The notes under the pieces were generated by a model. That model saw only the letters and a program-made list of their open reading frames with translations. It was not told where the DNA came from and ran no database searches. 64,000 nt of DNA from an uncultured delta proteobacterium (lineage in GTDB: Bacteria; Desulfobacterota; Binatia; UBA9968). Position 1 is the first letter of the stretch. Every line of letters begins with the position of its first letter. This document shows positions 36,463-45,213 of this stretch, piece by piece. Location: contig CAWFJP010000008.1 of NCBI GenBank assembly GCA_963816145.1, positions 1 to 64,000 on the forward strand. Reading direction: 5' to 3'. Both the position numbers and the translations under genes were made by a program.

Positions 36463-37494
36463 ATGCTGAAGTTGTTAGCACTCATCGCTCTGTTTACATC
36501 AACCCCGGTCTTTGCCCAGACGCCCTTTTACCAAGGCAAGACGATCACAATGATCGCCAGCACCGCGCCTGGAGGGACTGGGGACCTGCGCGTCAAATCC
36601 ATGGTGCCGACGCTGCGCAAACATATCCCCGGTAGTCCTACGATCATCATCGAATACATGGACGGTGGCGGCGGGCGCAAAGGCGCCAATTTTTTGTTTC
36701 GTAACGCCAAGCCCGACGGGTTGACCATCGGGGCGCTCAGCGGCGGCGTCGTCGGCCTGCAAATCATGCGCGAAAGCGGCGTCATGTACGATATCGACAA
36801 ATTCATACAATTGGGTACGCCCGAGAGCACCAACCATTACACCATCTACACGCGCAAGGAATTGGGTGCCAATAGTGTCGAGAAGCTGCGCGCCCTAAGC
36901 GGCGTGCGCATCGGCGCCCAATCCGTCGGCCATGTGTCTTACATCGCCGGGCGGCTTTTCGCCTACCTTTTCGGTTTAAAGCAACCGCAGTTCATTGCCG
37001 GTTACACGGCGCCGGAAGTCGACGCGGCGCTTGTGCGCGGCGAACTCGATGCCCGGGCGAACAATGCCGCGTCGGTATTGCGGCGCAATCCGGATTGGCT
37101 CGACAAAGGGGTCATGGACTTCCACGCCATCATGGAAGTGCCCAAGGGCGACAAGCACGCCAAGCTCGGCCACCTCCCAGAGATCGAGAGCTTCGCCAAG
37201 AACGACAAAGAGAAAAAGCTGGTCGCCATGTGGCGCGGCTTCCGGCTCGTCGGCTCGCCTTACATGCTGCCGCCGGGAACACCGAAAGACCGCGTCGACG
37301 TGCTGGAGGACGCGTTTCGCAAGACTTATCGGGATGCGGATTTTCGCAAAGATTTTCTGAAACTGGTCGGCGACGACGCCGAACCGTTGATGCCCGAAGA
37401 GCTCGCCAAGGTGATCCGCGAGATTCCGCGCGATGCTGAAGTGGTCGAACTGTTGAGGAGTCTGGCTGGAGCCAGGCCGCTGCCGGCGCGCTAG
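36463..37494 (+). CDS. TctC/Bug substrate-binding protein (clade B)
   Basis: Same motifs; ATG 36463 after AAGGA. Confidence 0.88.
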   Translation: MLKLLALIALFTSTPVFAQTPFYQGKTITMIASTAPGGTGDLRVKSMVPTLRKHIPGSPTIIIEYMDGGGGRKGANFLFRNAKPDGLTIGALSGGVVGLQIMRESGVMYDIDKFIQLGTPESTNHYTIYTRKELGANSVEKLRALSGVRIGAQSVGHVSYIAGRLFAYLFGLKQPQFIAGYTAPEVDAALVRGELDARANNAASVLRRNPDWLDKGVMDFHAIMEVPKGDKHAKLGHLPEIESFAKNDKEKKLVAMWRGFRLVGSPYMLPPGTPKDRVDVLEDAFRKTYRDADFRKDFLKLVGDDAEPLMPEELAKVIREIPRDAEVVELLRSLAGARPLPAR

Positions 37495-37502
37495 AAGACA
37501 AG

Positions 37503-37651
37503 AGTTCAAAACGTTCAAGCCGTTCAAATCGTTCAACCGCTTCGCTCCGTTCAATCCCCACCTTCCTTCAATGAAATTCAGGCCGGGCTTTCCTCCCCCG
37601 CATCGCGGGGGAGGATGAAGGAGGGGGATTAAACAGCTTGAACGTTTTGAA
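37503..37651. repeat. GTTCAA-flanked palindromic element, copy 5
   Basis: Same core, with a short insert before it. Confidence 0.85.
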
Positions 37652-37699
37652 CCTTAATCGTATAAGTGCGCAGCAACTTCCCACTAAGGATCAATATTC

Positions 37700-39241
37700 A
37701 TGGACAGTTCACTGTTCGACGCCGCCATCAAAGGCTTTCTAAACATTCTTCAACTCAAAGTATTCTTCGCCATGCTCATGGGCGTTAGCATCGGTACTTT
37801 CACCGCCGTTGCGCCGCAAGGACTCGGCATGCCGCTAGTGTACGCCATCGCGCTGCCGGTGGTGATCAAATGGGAGCCGGTGACCGGCATCGCGTTTTTG
37901 ATCGGCGCCAGCGCGGTGAGCGCGATCTGCGCAGCTTATCTGCCGATCCTGTTCGGCATCCCCGGAGGCTCGGGCTCCCAGGCCACCGTGCTCGACGGTT
38001 ATCCGATGGGCAAAAAGGGTGAAGGCCGGCGCGCTCTCGGCGCCTCGTTCATGGCCGGCGGCATGGGCGCTTTGATTGGTACGTTTACGCTCGTAGCCGC
38101 GATCCCCGCCGCCAAACCGTTAATTTATTTGATGGGCTCGCCGGAGCTGTTCGTCATCATGCTGTGGGGCTTGAGCATGGTCGCTGTGCTCGCCGGTAGC
38201 CGGCCGCTCAAAGGACTGATCGCCACAGCCTTGGGCCTGTTGCTCGCCACCGTCGGGCAGCAGGCGCAGAGCGGCATAATGCGTTTCGTTTACGATCAAC
38301 CGTACTTACTCGACGGCATGTCGGTCAGCATCATGGCATTGGCCTTGTTCGGCGTACCGTCTGCGCTTGACCTCGCCTTGACCAAACTCGGTGTCGAACA
38401 ACAACCGGTACCGCTCAAAGGCAGCCTATTCGATGGCGTCAGAGATGCGTTGCGCGAGTGGTGGCTGGTTGTCCGCTGTAGCTTTGTCGGCGTCTGGGTC
38501 GGCATTGTGCCTGGCTTGGGCTCGCAAGTGGTCGACTGGCTTGCTTACGGCCACGCTGCGCAAACCTGCAAAGGCGGAAGACAAACCTTCGGCACCGGCG
38601 ACGTCCGCGGAGTGATCGCGCCGGAAAGCGCCAATGATGCCAAAGACGGCGGCGATTTGGTGACGACTCTACTCTTGGGATTTCCCCAAGGTGTAGTTAC
38701 GGCGCTGTTCATCGTCGCCCTGCTGGCGTGGGGATTCGTCCCCGGTCCCGAGATGATCAAGAAAAACCCCGAAGTCATTTATAGCATCGTCTGGCTTCAG
38801 GGGATCTCCGGCATCGTCGGCACGCTGATCGGGTTTTGCCTTGCCAGCCAGCTCGCCAAGCTCGCCGAGGTACGTTACACCTTCATGGTTCCGATCATGT
38901 TCATGTTCATCCTGATGGGCGCCTTCAGCGTCAACCGCGATCCGCTGGATCTGGTCGTAGTCGTCGCCTTCGGAATCCTCGGTTACTTCATGCGCCGCAC
39001 CGGCTATCCGCGCCCGGCGATGATTCTCGGTCTGGTGCTGGGCGATCTGATGGAAAAATATCTTTACCGCTCGGTGGCGAGCTATGGCTTCAGTTGGCTC
39101 GGCCGCCCTGCCGTCATCGTCCTGTTCATCATCGCCGGCGGCTCACTCTTTTTGACGCTGCGCGGCAAGATGGCCGCGAGCAAGGAAGATTCCACGGCGA
39201 CTTTTAGCGGCGCCATCGCGAGGTCCGACAATGAAGATTAA
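37700..39241 (+). CDS. tctA: Tripartite tricarboxylate transporter large permease
   Basis: IL.GIPG....AT.LDGYPM.K.G, G..RGVIAPESANDA, multiple TM helices. Confidence 0.92.
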   Translation: MDSSLFDAAIKGFLNILQLKVFFAMLMGVSIGTFTAVAPQGLGMPLVYAIALPVVIKWEPVTGIAFLIGASAVSAICAAYLPILFGIPGGSGSQATVLDGYPMGKKGEGRRALGASFMAGGMGALIGTFTLVAAIPAAKPLIYLMGSPELFVIMLWGLSMVAVLAGSRPLKGLIATALGLLLATVGQQAQSGIMRFVYDQPYLLDGMSVSIMALALFGVPSALDLALTKLGVEQQPVPLKGSLFDGVRDALREWWLVVRCSFVGVWVGIVPGLGSQVVDWLAYGHAAQTCKGGRQTFGTGDVRGVIAPESANDAKDGGDLVTTLLLGFPQGVVTALFIVALLAWGFVPGPEMIKKNPEVIYSIVWLQGISGIVGTLIGFCLASQLAKLAEVRYTFMVPIMFMFILMGAFSVNRDPLDLVVVVAFGILGYFMRRTGYPRPAMILGLVLGDLMEKYLYRSVASYGFSWLGRPAVIVLFIIAGGSLFLTLRGKMAASKEDSTATFSGAIARSDNED

Positions 39242-39695
39242 TTTCGCGCTGTTTCTGCTCGTGGTCTTTGCCGTCGCCACGGTATCCGGTTGGGGCTGGC
39301 CCGACATCGCCAAGATCATGCCGGTGTATGTCGCGGCCATGCCGGGGCTCGTGATGATCAGCGTCCAAATCTATCGCGAGGCAACCGGCTGGGAGACACG
39401 CAAGAACGCCACCGGTATGGATATGGATGAGAGCGGCGAGAATCAATTGGACGAAGCCACCGCACGCAAGCGCACGCTGTTATTCTTTGCTTGGTTCATT
39501 GGCGGCGCACTCGGCATCTGGCTCATCGGCATCGTCTATGCCCTGCCGCTTTTGGTTTTTCTCTACGCGCTCGTCGAAGGCAAAGAAAAATGGTTCACTT
39601 CGCTTATTCTTGGCGCCTGTGCCTATTTAATGATCTGGGGTCTGTTTGAATATATGCTCGAGACGCGCTGGCCGGCGGGGCTTCTTTTTGGATAA
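39231..39695 (+). CDS. tctB: Tripartite tricarboxylate transporter small permease
   Basis: About 150 aa with 4-5 TM helices, overlaps tctA, ends LF..L...WP.GLL. Confidence 0.85.
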   Translation: MKINFALFLLVVFAVATVSGWGWPDIAKIMPVYVAAMPGLVMISVQIYREATGWETRKNATGMDMDESGENQLDEATARKRTLLFFAWFIGGALGIWLIGIVYALPLLVFLYALVEGKEKWFTSLILGACAYLMIWGLFEYMLETRWPAGLLFG

Positions 39696-39707
39696 CAATT
39701 CAGAGGA

Positions 39708-39812
39708 GTTTAAAACGCACAATCCCCCACCTTTGTCTTCGAAGAAGCCACGATAGCGGTCCTCCCCCGCGCCGCGGGGGAGGATACAGGAGGGGGATTG
39801 AACGTTTTGAAC
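39708..39812. repeat. GTTCAA-flanked palindromic element, copy 6
   Basis: TCCTCCCCCGCGCCGCGGGGGAGGA core. Confidence 0.8.
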
Positions 39813-39836
39813 ATGTTTTTGGAGTAGGAGTAATCA

Positions 39837-40874
39837 ATGCTCAACTGGTTCACTCTGGTTGCATACATCATTATCGCGGCGCCCATAGCGTCCGCCCAGT
39901 CCCCCTACTTCCAAGGCAAGACCATCAAGATAATTCGCGGTGGCGAGCCCGGTGGCACCGGCGACATGCAGGCGCGCGCAGTTATTCCCTTCTTGAAAAA
40001 ACATATACCCGGCAATCCGACGATCATCGTCGAGAACATGCCCGGCGCTGCGGGACGCAAGGCCGCCAACTATATTTACTCGACGGCAAAACCGGACGGG
40101 CTGTCCATCGGTGCGGTGGGTGCGGGTCTGGTCGCGGGACAAATTCTTGAGTTGGCCGGCTCGCAGTACGACATCGACAAGCTGGTTTATTTAGGCTCCA
40201 CCGAAAGCGGCGATCCCTATGTCTTTGTCGGCCGTAAAGAGGACGGCCTCGACACCCTCGATAAGCTCCGCGCCGTATCGGGCATCAGGATCGGCGCCCA
40301 AGCGGTGGGCCATCCGATCTACGTCGCCGGCCGGCTATTCGCCTACTTGCTCGGTCTGAAAGAGCCAAGAATGGTTTTAGGTTATGGCGGACCCGAACTC
40401 GACATCGCTCTCGCTAAAGGTGAGGTCGACGTGCGCGCCAACGGCGCCGACACCGTGCTGCAACGCAACAAAGACCAGCTCGAAAAAGGTTTCTACCAAT
40501 TTCACGCGTCGCTGACGATTCCTAAAGGCCGCTACGCCGCCGGCCTGCCCAAAGCACCTGAACTTGACAATTTTGCTAGGAACGACAAAGAGCGCCAGCT
40601 GATTAATCTGTTTCGCACCTTTATCTATCCGCGCTGGCCCTACCTTCTGCCGCCGGCCACGCCGAAAGAAATTGTCACTATCCTGCGCGGCGCCATGACC
40701 AAAGCGTTGCGCGATCCCGAATTCCACAAAGAGTTCAAAAAAATCATGACCACTGACGCGACGCCGCTCACCGGCGAGGAGATGGAAACCGCCATCAAAG
40801 AACTGCCGCGCGACCCGGAGATCGTCGCACTGTATAAAAAAATCGCCGACCAGGGACCGGTACCCGCGCGCTAA
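39837..40874 (+). CDS. TctC/Bug substrate-binding protein (clade B)
   Basis: Same motifs. Confidence 0.88.
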   Translation: MLNWFTLVAYIIIAAPIASAQSPYFQGKTIKIIRGGEPGGTGDMQARAVIPFLKKHIPGNPTIIVENMPGAAGRKAANYIYSTAKPDGLSIGAVGAGLVAGQILELAGSQYDIDKLVYLGSTESGDPYVFVGRKEDGLDTLDKLRAVSGIRIGAQAVGHPIYVAGRLFAYLLGLKEPRMVLGYGGPELDIALAKGEVDVRANGADTVLQRNKDQLEKGFYQFHASLTIPKGRYAAGLPKAPELDNFARNDKERQLINLFRTFIYPRWPYLLPPATPKEIVTILRGAMTKALRDPEFHKEFKKIMTTDATPLTGEEMETAIKELPRDPEIVALYKKIADQGPVPAR

Positions 40875-40883
40875 GCGCGCGGG

Positions 40884-41167
40884 CGTTCAAATGATTCAAA
40901 CCGTTCAACCGCTTCGCTCCGTTCAATCCCCCACCATTCATCGAAGCGGTCACGAAGGCTTTCCTCCCCCGCGTCCAGACTGTGTCGCAACTGTCATTTC
41001 GAGGTGAAGCCGAGAAATCTCTTCTTCGTATGTGGCTGAAAACACGAGATTCCTCGCTGCGCTCGGGATGACAGATGTGGGGCATTTGCTCATTACGACA
41101 CAGTCTCGTCGCGGGGGAGGATCAAGGAGGGGGCTTGAGCGATTTGAACGGCTTGAACGGTTTGAAC
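40884..41167. repeat. GTTCAA-flanked palindromic element, copy 7, interrupted by a MITE
   Basis: Left half TCCTCCCCCGCGTC and right half CGTCGCGGGGGAGGA separated by MITE B. Confidence 0.85.
40976..41107. mobile_element. 132-bp MITE, family B, copy 2 (inverted)
   Basis: AGACTGTGTCG...CGACACAGTCT with a 3-4 bp duplication (C)GTC of the palindrome centre. Confidence 0.85.
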
Positions 41168-41182
41168 GTGTAAGGAGGGTAT

Positions 41183-42220
41183 ATGTTGAAGCTCTTCACT
41201 CTCGTCGCTTACATTCTGTGCGCCATAGATCTCGCATCCGCCCAGACACCCTATTACCAGGGCAAAACCATCACCATCATTCAGGGCACCGAAGCCGGTG
41301 GCAGTTCGGACATGATGACCCGCGCGATGCTCTCCCACCTGAAGAAGCATATTCCCGGTGAGCCCAATGTGGTCTCGGAATATATGCCCGGTGGCGGCGG
41401 CATGAAGGCGGCCAATCATATTTTTAAAAGCGTCCGTCCGGATGGACTGACCATCGGCCGGATCGGCGGCGGTTTGGTCGCCAATGCCGTCCTCGGTGAA
41501 AAAGGCGTGCTCTACGATTTGAATAAGTTTATTTATCTCGGCTCGCCGCATAGCACCTACCATTGGGTGTTCATCACTCGCAAAGAAGCCGGGCTGAAAA
41601 ATATCGATGCGTTGCGCTCGGCAACCGGAATCAGAATCGGCGCCCAGTCCGTCGGCCACTCGAATTACTTCGTCGGCCGTTTGTTCGCCTATCTGATCGG
41701 CTTCAAAGATCCCAGAATGGTTGTCGGCTTCTCCGGCACCGAGCTCGACTTGGCGCTGATGCGCGGCGAAATCGACGGCCGCATCAACAATCCCGACACG
41801 CTGGCGATCCGAAACGCCGACTGGCTCGCCAAGGGCATGATCGACATCCACGCCATCATGGAAGTGCCGCGCGGTTTGAAGCAGCCGGGATTCGACAAAT
41901 TGCCTGAGATCGAAGAGTTCGCCAAGAACGAGCGCGAGAAAAAGCTTTTGGCGATGGTCCGCGCCTTCCGCCAGGTCGGCACGCCATCGCTGCTACCGCC
42001 GGGCACGCCGCCGGAGCCGGTGAAAATCCTGCGCGACGCAACTACGCGCATGTACAAAGATCCGGAATTCCAAAAGGACTACAAAAAACTCGTCGGCGAA
42101 GAACCTTCGCCGCTGTTCGCCGAAGACATGGAGCGGACGATCAAAGAATTGCCGCGCGATCCGGAGATCGTCGAGTTGTTCAAGAAGCTTAATGCCGCAG
42201 GTGGGATGCCAATTAGATAG
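41183..42220 (+). CDS. TctC/Bug substrate-binding protein (clade B)
   Basis: Same motifs; AAGGAGG RBS. Confidence 0.88.
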   Translation: MLKLFTLVAYILCAIDLASAQTPYYQGKTITIIQGTEAGGSSDMMTRAMLSHLKKHIPGEPNVVSEYMPGGGGMKAANHIFKSVRPDGLTIGRIGGGLVANAVLGEKGVLYDLNKFIYLGSPHSTYHWVFITRKEAGLKNIDALRSATGIRIGAQSVGHSNYFVGRLFAYLIGFKDPRMVVGFSGTELDLALMRGEIDGRINNPDTLAIRNADWLAKGMIDIHAIMEVPRGLKQPGFDKLPEIEEFAKNEREKKLLAMVRAFRQVGTPSLLPPGTPPEPVKILRDATTRMYKDPEFQKDYKKLVGEEPSPLFAEDMERTIKELPRDPEIVELFKKLNAAGGMPIR

Positions 42221-42223
42221 AAG

Positions 42224-42371
42224 AGTTCCAAACGTTACAGCCGTTCCACCGCTTCGCTTCGTTCCAACCCCCACCAACTTCGAAGCGGTCACGAAGGCTT
42301 TCCTCCCCCGCGAAGCGGGGGAGGATTAAGGAGGGGGCTGAAACGATTGGAACGGCTGGGGCCATTGGAAC
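42224..42371. repeat. GTTCAA-flanked palindromic element, copy 8
   Basis: TCCTCCCCCGCGAAGCGGGGGAGGA core. Confidence 0.8.
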
Positions 42372-42386
42372 GAGTTAAGAGGAACC

Positions 42387-43427
42387 ATGTTCAAGATATT
42401 CGCACTGGTAATTTTTATCTTATCGACGTTGAGCTCCGCCCACGGTCAGTCGAATTTTTACCAAGGCAAACATATCTTGCTCATCATCGGTTCCGGCCCC
42501 GGCGGCATGGGCGACCTGCGCGCCAAAGCGTTGGCGGCGAGTTTGACGCGCAACATTCCCGGCAATCCGCCGATCGTCTTTCAGTACATGGGTGGCGCCG
42601 GCGGGCGCCGAGCGGCCAATCAAATCTACAATACCTCCAAGCCCGATGGGCTCACGCTGCTGCGCGTAACCAGTAGCATTATTCCCTACGCCGTTCTTGG
42701 CGAACCCGGTGTGCAGTACGACATCGACAAGCTGAATTATCTCGGCGCCACCGAACATCAGTTGTATTATATGTTAGTCACGCGCAAAGGCGCCGGCATC
42801 AATAGTTTGGAAAAACTCCGCACTACGCCCGGCATTCGCCTCGGCAGTAGCCCGGTGGGCCACACCGGCTACCTGCAGAGCCGGATAGTCTCCTATCTGC
42901 TCGACATGAAAGACCCCAAAATCGTCCCCGGCTATGAAGGCAAAGACCTCGATGTCGCCGTGGCCGCCGGCGAAGTCGACGGACGTATCGCCTCTACCGG
43001 GACGGTGACGCAAAACGATCTGTTGTCGAAAAACCTCGCAGATTTTCACATCGGCCTGGGTGTGCCGGCCGGCTACAAAGATCCGCGCTTCGCTCACCTG
43101 AAGCTCCCGGACCTCAGCAGCTTCGCCAAATCGGAAAGGGAAAGAAAACTCCTGACCATGATGGAAGGCTTTCGCGTCGTCGGCACCATCCTCATCGCCC
43201 CGCCGGGCACACCCAAGGACCGCCTCGACATTCTCAAAGAAGCCGTGCGCAAAACCTACGCCGATCCGCAGTTCGCCGCCGATTACAAAAAATTCACCGG
43301 CGGCGATGATCCTTCACCGCTGCTGCCCGACGAGCAAGCCAAGATCGTCCGCGGCATCCCCCGCGACCCGGAGATCATCGATCTGTTCAAAAAATTCGCC
43401 GCCACCGCGCCGCTGCCGCCGCGGTAA
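42387..43427 (+). CDS. TctC/Bug substrate-binding protein (clade B)
   Basis: Same motifs. Confidence 0.88.
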   Translation: MFKIFALVIFILSTLSSAHGQSNFYQGKHILLIIGSGPGGMGDLRAKALAASLTRNIPGNPPIVFQYMGGAGGRRAANQIYNTSKPDGLTLLRVTSSIIPYAVLGEPGVQYDIDKLNYLGATEHQLYYMLVTRKGAGINSLEKLRTTPGIRLGSSPVGHTGYLQSRIVSYLLDMKDPKIVPGYEGKDLDVAVAAGEVDGRIASTGTVTQNDLLSKNLADFHIGLGVPAGYKDPRFAHLKLPDLSSFAKSERERKLLTMMEGFRVVGTILIAPPGTPKDRLDILKEAVRKTYADPQFAADYKKFTGGDDPSPLLPDEQAKIVRGIPRDPEIIDLFKKFAATAPLPPR

Positions 43428-43443
43428 ACGCGACCGCCGTCAA

Positions 43444-43500
43444 ATGCCGGGCAATCCAACGATCATCCTCGGAAACATGCCCGGAGGCGCCGGCAGCGCG
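43444..43500 (+). pseudogene. Tiny tctC remnant
   Basis: MPGNPTIILGNMPGGAG matches the conserved TctC N-terminal block. Confidence 0.6.
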
Positions 43501-43639
43501 GTCACTCTCCTTGACATATTTCAAACCGGGAAGATAAAAGAATAACATCAGCGACAAGCTCGATTAGAGAATCAAGCACCCTCGGTGTGGAGAACCTAGC
43601 CCCGACCGTTTTCTCGTTATCACTTACAGACCGCTAACC

Positions 43640-45034
43640 ATGACCAAAACTCAACAATCTCAAAGCGCTTATCGCGCGATCAGCCAATTTCACGAAAATC
43701 AAAGCCTGATTTCATGGCTGCAAAACCAACGATTGATCATCTGGCTGACGCCCAATCGTCGCAGGTTTTTTTTAGTTATCGGCGCGCTTCTTGTCGGTGG
43801 TAAAGGCACATGGAGCCGATACCTCAAATGGCTGGAAGGCTCAACCGGAACCTGGCTGATCCCCGTGCTCACTTTTGTTTTCCTTTTAGGCTTGGTTTAT
43901 CTGGTTTACCAGGCCGCAGCGCACTTCCAGAAATTGCCTGGGTGGATTAAAAGACGTCCGCAAATTTCCCTGCACCTGCTTTTTTGGGGAGTTTTTGCGT
44001 TACTCTGGGCTATCCCGGAAGACGCTGGAGATTTTCGTAATGCTCTGATGCTCGTCGCGATCTCGCTGCCGATTCTGCTGTGGCGCTGCGGCTACATGGT
44101 GATGTCAGGGCAACGCGGGAAAGCACAGCGCACAAAATTTCGCGATCATTTGTTCTACCTATGGCCTGTTTGGGGGGGCACCAACACGCCGATCGGTAAA
44201 GGTTTCGACTACCTCTCGCAGCGTGAAGCCCAAACCCCAGAAGCTTATGCCCGCTCCGTACTTGCGGCGACCAAATTAATTATTCTCGCTCAGCTGCTCG
44301 ATCTCTTTAGAATCATCTTGGGAGCGATCCTTTACGGCGACTCCAGTAACGCCTTCACCCGCATGTTTGCCGGCCTAAATCTGGGGATGCCTCGCCTGAA
44401 CGAAATCGTGACCGGTCAAAGGGCGGCCTCACCATGGGTCGGTTGGATCGCCTTATACCTTGAGCTGATCTGGGAAACCTTAAGGCACGCCACGCTGGGT
44501 CACCGCTGGGTCTCGCTCCTGCGCCTTTGCGGCTTCAATGTTTTCCGCAATACCTACAAACCACTATTGGCCCAAACGATACTCGATTTCTGGAATAGGT
44601 ATTATTATTATTTCAAAGAATTACTTGCCGAATTCTTTTTCTTTCCGATCTACCTCCGCCATTTCCGCAACTCGCCCAAGTTGCGAATCTTTGCGGCTGT
44701 TTTCGCAGCCGCGTTCGTGGGTAACATGTACTACCACTTCCTGGAGGGGAGGATATCTTTCGCCAAGGGTGAATTTTTACAAATTGTCCGCGCTCTGAGC
44801 CCGCGAATGATATATTGCGGGCTGCTGACCTTGGGCATCTATTTTTCCATGATTCGGCAAACCCAGCGCCGTGGCAAGGTCGAGCGGAGCGATGCAGCCA
44901 CGGAAAGATTCCTCACCTTGCGGCGCATCGCCGGTGTCTGGACGTTCTTCGCTCTGATCAATTTATGGAACACAAGAGCTGCCGGGTCGATCGGCGCACG
45001 CATCACCTTTCTATTTTCGCTCTTCGGATTTTAG
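43640..45034 (+). CDS. Polytopic membrane protein, divergent MBOAT-like
   Basis: N.YKP.LA.TI.DFWNRY....F.P followed by AF.GN.YYHF, resembling the MBOAT FWxRW...H region. Confidence 0.6.
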   Translation: MTKTQQSQSAYRAISQFHENQSLISWLQNQRLIIWLTPNRRRFFLVIGALLVGGKGTWSRYLKWLEGSTGTWLIPVLTFVFLLGLVYLVYQAAAHFQKLPGWIKRRPQISLHLLFWGVFALLWAIPEDAGDFRNALMLVAISLPILLWRCGYMVMSGQRGKAQRTKFRDHLFYLWPVWGGTNTPIGKGFDYLSQREAQTPEAYARSVLAATKLIILAQLLDLFRIILGAILYGDSSNAFTRMFAGLNLGMPRLNEIVTGQRAASPWVGWIALYLELIWETLRHATLGHRWVSLLRLCGFNVFRNTYKPLLAQTILDFWNRYYYYFKELLAEFFFFPIYLRHFRNSPKLRIFAAVFAAAFVGNMYYHFLEGRISFAKGEFLQIVRALSPRMIYCGLLTLGIYFSMIRQTQRRGKVERSDAATERFLTLRRIAGVWTFFALINLWNTRAAGSIGARITFLFSLFGF

Positions 45035-45213
45035 CCGCCAGTGATTTTTGAGTACCTGGGAATCTGCTACTTCGCGCCGCACAGTGTCACCGATTCGGCG
45101 CTGGGTTTCGCTGTGACTGACAACCTCTACCAATCGCCAATCATCTGATATATCTGTACCGGCACAGCATACCGCGCTGCGACCACAATAAATTTGCCGA
45201 AACGGAAAATTCC

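Noticed and set aside
27526-42371. CRISPR array from the recurring palindrome
   Set aside because: Copies are separated by whole genes rather than 30-40 nt spacers, and no cas genes are present.
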